DNA of 32,000 nucleotides from Delftia acidovorans NBRC 14950 (GCF_001598795.1 NZ_BCZP01000001.1:540001-572000), one strand, 5' to 3'. Counted from the stretch's first letter, positions 18,522-26,807 are shown. Translations and numbers: made by a program. Notes: generated by a model not told the origin, from the letters alone.

Positions 18522-18958
18522 TCGTCTCCAACGATGCCTGGAGCGTTGCCAGGCGACTCCTCTAGGAACTCCTTGTTCGCCTTCCAGCGGTGCTGGCCGG
18601 CGAATCCAAGCGGCGATTCTACGAGTGAAGCCGGGGCCGTGCGGCCGAGTCATCTGATAAATGATGTCTTATAGAGGACTGTGGTTGTGCAGTCGCCTGG
18701 GGGACAGTCGGAGGCGCGCCTGCAGGCAGGTCAAGTGATTGTCCTGCATAGGTATTTTTAATTTCCATGAAATTCTGAAAATTGTGATGCCCTGCAAAGA
18801 CCATGCATGCCGCTTTGGTTATCCGGGCCTGTGCAGTGGCGAGCCGGGTGGATGCGCATCAAGCTTGTGTAAGCCTGTCTTGCTATATCTTCAGGTTTCG
18901 CCAGCCTGCGGCCGCAGGCGGGCATCTCACCAGAAAACCCAGCGAACCGGAGACCACG

Positions 18959-20605
18959 ATGACCCACATTTACGACCAGCATCTGGAGCGCAACAGCGCC
19001 AACCATGCGCCGCTCAGCCCCTTGGGCTTCATCGCCCGCACGGCCGAGGTCTATCCCGAGCGGCTGGCCGTGGTCCACGGCACGCTGCGCCGCAACTGGG
19101 GCGAGACCTATGCGCGCTGCCGCCAGCTGGCCAGCAGCCTGCACAAGGCGGGCGTGGGCAAGAACGACACCGTGGCCGTGATGCTGCCCAATACGCCGCC
19201 CATGGTGGAGGCGCATTTCGGCGTGCCCATGGCGGGGGCCGTGCTCAATGCGCTGAACACGCGGCTGGATGCGGAAACCATTGCCTTCATGCTGGACCAC
19301 GGCGAGGCCAAGGTGCTGATCGTGGACCCGGAGTTCACGGGCGTGGTGGCCAAGGCGCTGAAGCTGCGCCAGCGCAGCGCGCCGCTGCTGGTGATCCAGG
19401 TCGAGGACGTGCTGTACGGCCCGGCCGCCGAGCAGGTGGGCAGCCTGGACTACGACGATTTCGTGGCCGGCGGCGATGCCGGTTTCGACTGGCAGCTGCC
19501 TGCCGACGAATGGGATGCCATCGCGCTGAACTACACCAGCGGCACCACGGGCAACCCCAAGGGCGTGGTCTATCACCACCGGGGCGCGGCCATCAATGCC
19601 ATCAGCAATGTGCTGGAGTGGGACATGCCCAAGCACGCCGTCTATCTGTGGACCCTGCCCATGTTCCATTGCAACGGCTGGTGCTTTCCGTGGACGGTGG
19701 CGGCACGCGCGGGGGTCAACGTCTGCCTGCGCCGGGTGGAGGCGCAGGCCATCTTCGATGCCATCCGCAACCACGGCGTCACGCATTACTGCGGCGCGCC
19801 CATCGTGCACGGCCTGCTGGTCAATGCGCCGGCCGCCATGAAGGAGGGCGTGCCCGCCGGGGTCAAGGCCATGGTGGCAGGCGCCGCGCCGCCGGCGTCG
19901 ATGATCGAGGGCATGGAGCAGCTGGGCTTCGACATCACCCATGTCTACGGCCTGACCGAGGTCTATGGCCCGGCCACGGTCTGCGCCAAGCACGCAGCCT
20001 GGGATGCGCTGGACATCGGCGAACGCGCGCGCCTCAATTCCCGCCAGGGCGTGCGCTACCACCTGCAGCGCTCGGCCAGCGTGCTCGATCCGGAGACCAT
20101 GGAACCCGTGCCCCATGACGGCCGGACCATGGGCGAGATCATGTTCCAGGGCAACATCGCCATGAAGGGCTACCTGAAGAACCCGCAGGCCACGGACGAG
20201 GCCTTCCGCGGCGGCTGGTTCCACACGGGCGACCTGGCCGTGCAGCATCCGGACGGCTATATACAGATCAAGGACCGCAGCAAGGACATCATCATCTCGG
20301 GCGGGGAGAACATCTCGTCCATCGAGGTCGAGGACGTGCTCTACCGCCACCCGGCCGTGCTGGCCGCCGCCGTGGTGGCCAAGCCCGATCCCAAATGGGG
20401 CGAGACGCCCTGCGCCTTCATCGAGCTGAAGGCCGGCGCGCAGACCACGGCCGAAGACATCGTGGCCCACTGCAAGAAGCACCTGGCCGGCTACAAGGTG
20501 CCGCGCGCCGTGGTCTTTGGCGAGCTGCCCAAGACCAGCACGGGCAAGATCCAGAAGTTCGAGCTGCGCCGCCAGGCCGGGTCGGTCCAGGCCATCACGG
20601 GCTGA
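18959..20605 (+). CDS. AMP-forming acyl-CoA synthetase/ligase (ANL superfamily, medium/short-chain type)
   Basis: The start is ATG 18959 (MTHIYDQHLERN). The AMP-binding motif is LNYTSGTTGNPKGVVYHH, followed by YGLTE, FHTGDLAV, ISGGENISS and a C-terminal PKTSTGKIQKFELR. The track ORF starts too far upstream. Confidence 0.9.
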   Translation: MTHIYDQHLERNSANHAPLSPLGFIARTAEVYPERLAVVHGTLRRNWGETYARCRQLASSLHKAGVGKNDTVAVMLPNTPPMVEAHFGVPMAGAVLNALNTRLDAETIAFMLDHGEAKVLIVDPEFTGVVAKALKLRQRSAPLLVIQVEDVLYGPAAEQVGSLDYDDFVAGGDAGFDWQLPADEWDAIALNYTSGTTGNPKGVVYHHRGAAINAISNVLEWDMPKHAVYLWTLPMFHCNGWCFPWTVAARAGVNVCLRRVEAQAIFDAIRNHGVTHYCGAPIVHGLLVNAPAAMKEGVPAGVKAMVAGAAPPASMIEGMEQLGFDITHVYGLTEVYGPATVCAKHAAWDALDIGERARLNSRQGVRYHLQRSASVLDPETMEPVPHDGRTMGEIMFQGNIAMKGYLKNPQATDEAFRGGWFHTGDLAVQHPDGYIQIKDRSKDIIISGGENISSIEVEDVLYRHPAVLAAAVVAKPDPKWGETPCAFIELKAGAQTTAEDIVAHCKKHLAGYKVPRAVVFGELPKTSTGKIQKFELRRQAGSVQAITG

Positions 20606-20632
20606 GGGCCGGGCCGCAGCGCGGGCAGCGGC

Positions 20633-20968
20633 TCAGTGTCCGGCCGTCTTGGAAAACAGCTGGATGACCAGCACGCCCGCCACGATCAGGCCCATGCCCG
20701 CCAGCGCGGGCAGGTCCAGCGTCTGGCCCTGCCAGAGCCATCCGACCAGGGAGATCAGCACGATGCCCGCGCCCGACCAGATCGCATAGGCCACGCCCGT
20801 GGGCACGGTGCGCAGCGTCAGCGACAGGAAGTAGAAGGCCAGCGCGTAGCCCAGGACCGTGACCACGCTGGGCCACAGCCGCGTGAAGCCTTCGGACTGC
20901 TTGAGGCAGGAGGTGGCCGCCACCTCGGCGACGATGGCCAGGCCCAGGTACAGGTAGTTGGACGCCAT
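20633..20968 (-). CDS. emrE: small multidrug resistance (SMR) family efflux transporter, EmrE/Qac-like
   Basis: The 111-aa product has 4 TM segments. It resembles E. coli EmrE closely by eye (AEV...SEGFTRLWPSV, PTGVAYAIWSGAGIVLISL, LDLPALAGMGLIVAGVLVI) and retains the essential TM1 Glu (AIVAEVAAT). The start ATG 20968 lies 2 nt after the map stop. Confidence 0.88.
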   Translation of the reverse strand: MASNYLYLGLAIVAEVAATSCLKQSEGFTRLWPSVVTVLGYALAFYFLSLTLRTVPTGVAYAIWSGAGIVLISLVGWLWQGQTLDLPALAGMGLIVAGVLVIQLFSKTAGH

Positions 20969-20970
20969 GC

Positions 20971-21777
20971 TCAGATGGCCGCGTAGCTGCCCGTGCCCTC
21001 GGGCCAGCGCGTGAGCACGTCGAAGCCCGTGTCGGTCACCACCACCATGTGCTCCCACTGGGCGGACAGCGACTTGTCGTTGGTGATCACCGTCCAGCCG
21101 TCGGCCAGTTCGCGCGTGGCCGCCTTGCCGGCGTTGAGCATGGGCTCGATGGTGAAGATCATGCCGGCCTCCAGCACCATGCCCTGGCCGGGCTGGCCGT
21201 AGTGCAGCACCTGGGGGTCGTCGTGGTAGACCTTGCCGATGCCGTGGCCGCAGTACTCGCGCACCACGCTGAAGCGCTCGCGCTGAGCCACGGTCTGGAT
21301 GGCATGGCCGATGTCGCCCAGCGTGGCGCCGGGGCGCACGGCGCGGATACCGGCCAGCAGGGCCTCGTAGGTGGTCTCCACCAGGCGGCGCGCCTGGTTG
21401 GAGGGCTGGCCCACGTAGTACATGCGGCTGGTGTCGCCGATCCAGCCCTCGGGCGTGGTCACGGCCACATCGACATTGAGGATGTCGCCCTCGCGCAGGA
21501 TCTGCCGGGCGTCGGGGATGCCGTGGCAGACCACGTGGTTGGGCGAGGTGCAGACCGTCTTCGGAAAGCCGTGGTAGCCCACGTTGGTGGGCACGCAGCG
21601 CAGTTCGTCGACGATGAAGTCATGGCAGAGCTTGTCCAGGTGCTCGGTGCTGACGCCCGGCTGCACGTGGGGCACCAGCATCTGCAGGACACGGGCGGCC
21701 AGGCCACCGGCCTTGCGTGATTGCCCGATATCGAGGGCATCGTGCAGCGGGACGCTGCGCAGCTTGGCGCCCCTCAT
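20971..21777 (-). CDS. map: type I methionine aminopeptidase
   Basis: The start is ATG 21777 (MRGAKLRSVPLHD). All metal ligands are in context: GDILNVDVAV (two Asp), CGHGIG (His), FTIEPM (Glu) and AQWEHMV (Glu). The track ORF 20971..21957 is over-extended. Confidence 0.93.
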   Translation of the reverse strand: MRGAKLRSVPLHDALDIGQSRKAGGLAARVLQMLVPHVQPGVSTEHLDKLCHDFIVDELRCVPTNVGYHGFPKTVCTSPNHVVCHGIPDARQILREGDILNVDVAVTTPEGWIGDTSRMYYVGQPSNQARRLVETTYEALLAGIRAVRPGATLGDIGHAIQTVAQRERFSVVREYCGHGIGKVYHDDPQVLHYGQPGQGMVLEAGMIFTIEPMLNAGKAATRELADGWTVITNDKSLSAQWEHMVVVTDTGFDVLTRWPEGTGSYAAI

Positions 21778-22049
21778 TGCAGGCCTCCCGACAGCCGCAC
21801 GGGGCGCGGGCGGCGTGCTGCCGTATCGGCGGGAGCCGGTGCCGCCTCGGGCTCGCCCAGCTTCAGAGTGGCCGCGGCCTCTTGCAGCAGCAGGGCGCAG
21901 ATGCCTGCGTAGTCGAGATGGGGATGGTGTTCGGCCAGCTGGCCGACACGCAGCCAATGCTCGGCCTGGGCGTTGATGGATCGACCCAGGGCCGCGCTGG
22001 ACAGGCGGATCTGGTCGTGCAATTGGTCGGATATTTTGACGATTCCCAT
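21774..22049 (-). CDS. ParD-like (ribbon-helix-helix) antitoxin-family protein
   Basis: The 91-aa product starts at ATG 22049. Its N-terminus MGIVKISDQLHDQIRLSSAALGRSINAQAEHWLRVGQLAE matches my recollection of the ParD_like family (Pfam PF11903). The stop overlaps the map start as ATGA (21774-21777). The track shows it only as the tail of a 299-aa fusion ORF. Confidence 0.7.
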   Translation of the reverse strand: MGIVKISDQLHDQIRLSSAALGRSINAQAEHWLRVGQLAEHHPHLDYAGICALLLQEAAATLKLGEPEAAPAPADTAARRPRPVRLSGGLQ

Positions 22050-22069
22050 GGGGTGGCGATCATACGGGG

Positions 22070-22088
22070 AATATACGTTTCGTATATT
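22070..22088. promoter_or_regulatory. perfect inverted repeat AATATACG-TTT-CGTATATT 21-39 nt upstream of the parD-like start (candidate autoregulatory operator/promoter)
   Basis: Read directly from a local AT-rich patch. A third related half-site CATACG lies at 22061-22066. TATATT and TATGAT -10-like hexamers occur on the minus strand. Confidence 0.45.
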
Positions 22089-22304
22089 GACAATCGCAAA
22101 TCGCGGGCCCGGCGGCGGGGCATTCGTGCAGGCCTTCAGATGCAGGCCGCCATGTCGTCGGCAATGCTGCGTGACGGACGGGGTGGATGCTCTTGTGTTG
22201 ATAGCGCAATGATCACGTCCGGCTGGCCATCCGGCAGGGATGATGTTTTTCCTGCAGCGCGGTCCTGTACAAGACTGGGCCTTGCGCGATCGGCGGTCTT
22301 CTAT

Positions 22305-22325
22305 CAGATATCTGTTGCAGATCTG
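22305..22325. promoter_or_regulatory. adjacent palindromes CAGATATCTG-TTG-CAGATCTG upstream of ndh (candidate operator)
   Basis: Read directly from the sequence, about 120-140 nt upstream of ndh ATG 22447, in a lower-GC stretch. Confidence 0.3.
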
Positions 22326-22446
22326 GGGCTTACCCCTAGCAACTCGCCTGCTACCCAAACTGACAAGAATCAAGACTGTCTGGAAGCGAATGTCCTGCAA
22401 GCCGGCGCATGGTGCGGCCGGCCGGGCCTTCCGGCAGGGAGCAGCA

Positions 22447-23769
22447 ATGGGCAAGGAACAAGAAGCGGGTTCGGCAACGGGATCGGGCGGGGCGCGCATC
22501 GTCGTCGTGGGCGGTGGCGTGGCGGGGCTGGAGATTGCCACGGCGCTGGGCAAGGGGCGCACGGGGGCCATCGGCTCGGTGACCCTGGTGGACAGCGATT
22601 CGGCCCATGTCTGGAAGCCCATGCTGCACACCATTGCAGCCGGCACGCGCGACCTGGCCCAGCAGCAGACCACCTACCTGGCCCAGGCCAGCGACGCCAG
22701 CTTTGCCTACCAGCCCGGCGAAATGTGCGGCCTGGACCGCGAGGCGCGCGAGGTGCTGCTGGCCCCCATCGAGGCGCCCGATGGCCGCGAGATCGTGCCG
22801 GGCCGGCGCATTGCCTACGACAGGCTGGTGATCGCCGTGGGCAGCGGCGCCAATGATTTCGGCACGCCGGGCGTGGACGAGCACTGCTTCATGATCGACT
22901 CGCGCCGCAAGGCCGATGCCTTCAACAGCGAGATCCGCCTGCGCATGGTGCGCTGCATGACCAGCGGCGAGCAGCTGCGCGTGGCCATCGTGGGCGGCGG
23001 CGCCACGGGCGTGGAGCTGGCGGCCGAGCTGGTGCAACTGGCCGAGAGCGCCCGGGCCTACGGCGCGCTGGGCGAGGCCGCGCGCTTCGGCATCGTGCTG
23101 ATCGAGGCCGGGCCGCGCCTGCTGCCCGGTTTTCCTGAAGAGATTTCCGAAGCCACGCGCCTGCGTCTGCAGGCCCTGGGCGTTTCGGTGATCGTCAACG
23201 GCCGCGTGCAGTCGGCCAGCGAAGAGGGGTTCGTTCTGGCCAGCGGCGAGTTCGTTCCCGCAGGCCTGCGCGTCTGGGCAGCGGGCGTGAAGGCCCCGGC
23301 CTTCCTGGCGCAGCTGGGACTGGAAACCACGCAAGGCAACCAGCTCAAGGTCAACGGCCAGCTGCAGACCAGCGACCCGAACGTCTACGCCGTGGGGGAT
23401 TGCGCCAGCTTCACCCTGCCCGGCGCCAGCGTGCCGCTGCCGCCCACCGCCCAGGTGGCGCACCAGCAGGCCCGCTATCTGGTGGAGACGCTGCCGCGCC
23501 TGCTGAAGGAGCCGGGTTTCCGTCCCGAAGGCTTTGCCTACCGCGACTTTGGCGCCCTGGTGTCATTGGCCCATTACGACGCCTATGGATCGCTGGGCAA
23601 ATTCGGCCTGTTCAACGGCGGCGTGATCCGCGGGCGCATGGCCATGCTGAGCCACATCATGCTGTACCGCTCGCACCAAGCCCGCATCTACGGCTTTTGG
23701 CGCGGGGGGCTGCTGTGGCTGATCGATTTGATGAATTCGCGCCTGCGCCCGTCGATCCGGCTGGACTGA
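22447..23769 (+). CDS. ndh: type II NADH:quinone oxidoreductase (NDH-2)
   Basis: The start ATG 22447 (MGKEQE) is preceded by GGGAG. Two dinucleotide-binding motifs are present (RIVVVGGGVAGLE and VAIVGGGATGVELAAE), plus the WKPMLH motif and GDCA near the C-terminal third. Confidence 0.9.
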   Translation: MGKEQEAGSATGSGGARIVVVGGGVAGLEIATALGKGRTGAIGSVTLVDSDSAHVWKPMLHTIAAGTRDLAQQQTTYLAQASDASFAYQPGEMCGLDREAREVLLAPIEAPDGREIVPGRRIAYDRLVIAVGSGANDFGTPGVDEHCFMIDSRRKADAFNSEIRLRMVRCMTSGEQLRVAIVGGGATGVELAAELVQLAESARAYGALGEAARFGIVLIEAGPRLLPGFPEEISEATRLRLQALGVSVIVNGRVQSASEEGFVLASGEFVPAGLRVWAAGVKAPAFLAQLGLETTQGNQLKVNGQLQTSDPNVYAVGDCASFTLPGASVPLPPTAQVAHQQARYLVETLPRLLKEPGFRPEGFAYRDFGALVSLAHYDAYGSLGKFGLFNGGVIRGRMAMLSHIMLYRSHQARIYGFWRGGLLWLIDLMNSRLRPSIRLD

Positions 23770-23785
23770 GCGGCCGGGCCCGGCA

Positions 23786-25417
23786 TCAAAGCAGCCCCTC
23801 GATGGGCAGCCAGCCCAGCACGCGCAGCATCAGGCGCTTGAATGCACTGCTGCCGGGCTCGGTGGTGGTGGTGAGTGGCGCAGGCGGCGTGCCGCTTTCC
23901 GTGGTCCAGCTCAGGCGGCCCTGTGCATCGATCTGCACATGGTAGGCAGCCGCTGGCAGGCTCTGGTCGAGTATGCGGCTCATCTGCGAAGCCATCTCGG
24001 GGCTGTCGATCAGCAGGCCCATCTCGGTGTTGAGGTGGGCCGAGCGCGGGTCGAAGTTGAACGAGCCCACGAAGATGCGCTCGCCATCGACCGCAAAAGT
24101 CTTCGCATGCAGGCTGGAGCCCGAGCTGCCGGGGCGGCTGCCCGAACCCACGCCCGCCTTCCCGCCCGAGGACGCGGCGGGCGATGGTAGCCCCTGCCGG
24201 GGCACGCCTGCATCGGCGGCGGGCGTGTCCGGCTCGCCGATCTGGCGGCGCAGCTCGTACAGCTGCACGCCTTCCTCGATCAGCGGGCGCCGGTACCGGG
24301 CATAGCCGGCATGGACCACGGCCACGTCGGTCGCCTCCAGGCTGTTGGTGAGCACGCGCACGGCAATGCCCTGGCGGCACAGGCCGGCCAGGGCACGCAC
24401 ACCGGCCTCGGTGGGCACGAAGTAGGGCGAGACCAAGTCCAGCTGGCGCTGCGGCTGGCCAATGGCGGGTGCCAGCTGCGTGATCAGCAGCCCCTGCCTG
24501 GGCACCTGGCCCAGCACCTTGGCCGGGTCGTCGCTGACCAGGGTGGTGCGGGCCCATTGCAGCGGCAGGCGGCCGGCCAGCAGCTCTTGCGTGAACGGGC
24601 TTTGCGCCACGGCGCGCACATAGGCCTGGGCCTCGGGGCGCTGCACCTCGGTGGCCAGGGCCTCGCTGGCGCGCGCCACCGCATAGTCGGGCAGCGGCGG
24701 CAGCAGGCTGGCCACGGGGTAGGCCGAGGCGCTGGCCCAGTACTGGTCGAACGAGTGCGCGATATCGGCCACCACCGGCCCCATGGCGACCACGTCCAGG
24801 TCGGCGAACAGCACGCCGTCGGTGGCCGCGAAGTACTCGTCGCCGATGTTGCGTCCACCCACGATGCTGGCCTGGCTGTCGGCCGTGAAGCTCTTGTTGT
24901 GCATGCGCCGCTGCGTGCGCGAGAAATCCGTCACATAGCCCAGCGCCTTGGGCGTGCGCTGCGCAAAGGGGTTGAACAGCCGCACCTCGATCTGCGGATG
25001 CCGGTCCAGCGCGCTGAGCTGCGTGTCCAGCCCCGCCGTGCCGCCGTCGTCCAGCAGCAGGCGCACGCGCACGCCCCGGTCGGCGGCCTGTCGCAGTTCG
25101 TCAAGCAGCAGGTGGCCCGTGGTGTCGTCACGCCAGATGTAGTACTGCACATCCAGCGTGCGCTGGGCCACGCGGGCCAGCAGGGCACGCGCCGCGTAGG
25201 CGTTGCGTGCATCGGAAAGCGCGTGGATGCCAGTGAGCCCCGGATGCTGGTCCAGCAGCGGTGCCAGCGCCTGGCCCAGCAGCGTGGCCTGGGCGGCCTC
25301 GGGCGCCAGCGCCGTGGATTCGCTGCGGCCGGCCAGCGGCGGCAGGCTGCAGCCTGCCAGCAGCAGGGCCAGGACGAGCGCCTGGGTGGCGGCAAGGGCG
25401 CGGCGCAGCAGGGGCAT
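23786..25417 (-). CDS. phospholipase D / cardiolipin-synthase-like family lipoprotein with two HKD motifs
   Basis: The start is ATG 25417 and the lipobox is LLLAGCS. HKD motif 1 is MHNKSFTADSQASIVGGRNIGDEY and HKD motif 2 is LHAKTFAVDGERIFVGSFNFDPRS. The track ORF 23786..26698 is a fusion with an out-of-frame shadow over gltS. Confidence 0.85.
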   Translation of the reverse strand: MPLLRRALAATQALVLALLLAGCSLPPLAGRSESTALAPEAAQATLLGQALAPLLDQHPGLTGIHALSDARNAYAARALLARVAQRTLDVQYYIWRDDTTGHLLLDELRQAADRGVRVRLLLDDGGTAGLDTQLSALDRHPQIEVRLFNPFAQRTPKALGYVTDFSRTQRRMHNKSFTADSQASIVGGRNIGDEYFAATDGVLFADLDVVAMGPVVADIAHSFDQYWASASAYPVASLLPPLPDYAVARASEALATEVQRPEAQAYVRAVAQSPFTQELLAGRLPLQWARTTLVSDDPAKVLGQVPRQGLLITQLAPAIGQPQRQLDLVSPYFVPTEAGVRALAGLCRQGIAVRVLTNSLEATDVAVVHAGYARYRRPLIEEGVQLYELRRQIGEPDTPAADAGVPRQGLPSPAASSGGKAGVGSGSRPGSSGSSLHAKTFAVDGERIFVGSFNFDPRSAHLNTEMGLLIDSPEMASQMSRILDQSLPAAAYHVQIDAQGRLSWTTESGTPPAPLTTTTEPGSSAFKRLMLRVLGWLPIEGLL

Positions 25418-25440
25418 GGGGCGTTCGGTGTTTGCGGTGG

Positions 25441-26670
25441 TCAGTGCAGCCAGCGGATGAACAGCTGGATCACCGTGGCATTGACGATGTCGACGAAGAA
25501 GGCGCCCACCATCGGCACGATGAGGAAGGCCTTGTGCGAGGGGCCGTACTGGTTGGTGATGGCCTGCATGTTGGCCACGGCCGTGGGCGTGGCACCCATG
25601 CCGAAACCGCAGTGGCCGGCGGCCAGCACGGCCGCATCGTAGTTGCTGCCCATGATGCGGAACGTCACCAGCGCGGCATACAGGCCCATCACCAGGGTCT
25701 GGGCCGCCAGGATCACCATCAGCGGCGCCGCCAGCCCCGCCAGCTCCCACAGCTTGAGCGATAGCAGGGCCATGGCCAGGTAGATGGACAGCGAGGCATT
25801 GCCGAAGACGTCGATGGCCCGGTCGAATACCTGGAAGTGAAAGACATAGTCCAGCGTGTTGCGGATCACGACGCCGCCTGCCAGCGCCCAGACGAAGGTG
25901 GGCAGGGAGAACAGGGTGCCGGCGGTGAACTGCGCCATGAACTCGGCAAAGCCCAGGCAGCCTGCGAACAGGGCCAGTGTTTCTATGGCCGCGCTGGTGG
26001 TGATCAGGCGCGTCTGCTCGGGGTTCTCGAAGCCGCCGTGGCTTGCACTTTCGCCCAGCGGGGGCTGTTTTTCGGGGGCGGCTGCGGGGTCGTGCACGGC
26101 AAGCCTGCGGCGCGTGATCAGGGCCTTGGCCAGCGGGCCGCCGATCAGGCCGCCGATCACCAGTCCGAAGGTGGCACAGGCAATGCCCAGCGTGACCGCG
26201 CCCTGGATACCGTATTCGCGCTCGAAAACCTGGCCCCAGGCGCCTGCCGTGCCATGGCCGCCCGTCAGGGTGACGGAGCCTGCGATCAGCCCGAACAGCG
26301 GGTCGAGCCCGAGCATCGTTGCCAGGCTCACGCCCACCAGGTCCTGCAGGCCGATGAAGACGGCGACCACGGCCAAGAACAGCAGCAGCGAACGGCCGCC
26401 TTCGCGCAGCTTGGCGAAATTGGCGCTCAGCCCGATGGATGAGAAAAACACCAGCATGAAGGCCATCTGCAGCTCGCTGCTGAAGCTGAAGGTGTAGCCC
26501 AGGGTCTGGTTGAGCACGAACAGGGCGACGGCGACGACCAGACCGCCGGCCACGGGCTCGGGGATGTTGAATTCGCGCAGCAGGCGCAGGTGCTGCACCA
26601 GCCATTTGCCCAGCAAAAGGACGAGGGCGGCGAAGATCAGGGTGTAGTAGGCGCTGAAAGTCAGGTGCAT
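25441..26670 (-). CDS. gltS: sodium/glutamate symporter
   Basis: The 409-aa polytopic membrane protein has an N-terminus and internal segments (FNIPEPVAGGL, FFSSIGLSANF, GGHGTAGAWG, HCGFGMGATPTAVANMQA) characteristic of the GltS family. Confidence 0.9.
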   Translation of the reverse strand: MHLTFSAYYTLIFAALVLLLGKWLVQHLRLLREFNIPEPVAGGLVVAVALFVLNQTLGYTFSFSSELQMAFMLVFFSSIGLSANFAKLREGGRSLLLFLAVVAVFIGLQDLVGVSLATMLGLDPLFGLIAGSVTLTGGHGTAGAWGQVFEREYGIQGAVTLGIACATFGLVIGGLIGGPLAKALITRRRLAVHDPAAAPEKQPPLGESASHGGFENPEQTRLITTSAAIETLALFAGCLGFAEFMAQFTAGTLFSLPTFVWALAGGVVIRNTLDYVFHFQVFDRAIDVFGNASLSIYLAMALLSLKLWELAGLAAPLMVILAAQTLVMGLYAALVTFRIMGSNYDAAVLAAGHCGFGMGATPTAVANMQAITNQYGPSHKAFLIVPMVGAFFVDIVNATVIQLFIRWLH

Positions 26671-26807
26671 GGCTTCCGTGTTCTGGTGGGCGGGGCAAGG
26701 CAGCTCACCATACGATAGGCGGCATGCCGGGGGGCGATGTCAGGATAGCCACTGATTCCGAGGCCTGCTGAAAGTGCCCTTCGGTCGTGCCCTGCGTCAG
26801 TGCCCTG

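Noticed and set aside
18590-18625. GGCGAATCC-containing stretch resembling a tRNA T-arm or 3' end remnant, a possible integration scar.
   Set aside because: There is no complementary T-stem, acceptor stem or CCA context. No integrase or direct repeat lies nearby.
18619-18804. 61-aa minus-strand ORF (MVFAGHHNFQNFMEIKNTY...) inside the AT-rich island.
   Set aside because: It has no Shine-Dalgarno sequence. Its codon usage is unlike the rest of the window, it carries no recognisable motif, and its second half is Pro/Ala/Gln low-complexity. If the region is transcribed on the minus strand, it is more likely non-coding.
18787-18958. Cys-rich reading frame (MPCKDHACRFGYPGLCSGEPGGCASSLCKP...) upstream of the acyl-CoA synthetase. 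It looks like a small peptide or RiPP-precursor-like uORF.
   Set aside because: It has no RBS. The frame simply continues for 459 codons out of frame through the synthetase gene (track ORF 18739..20118), so the lack of stops is compositional. The Cys spacing matches no family I know.
23773-23784. 12-nt palindrome GCCGGGCCCGGC between the convergent ndh and PLD genes, a possible bidirectional terminator.
   Set aside because: The stem has essentially no loop and no flanking U or A tracts. It is too weak to call.
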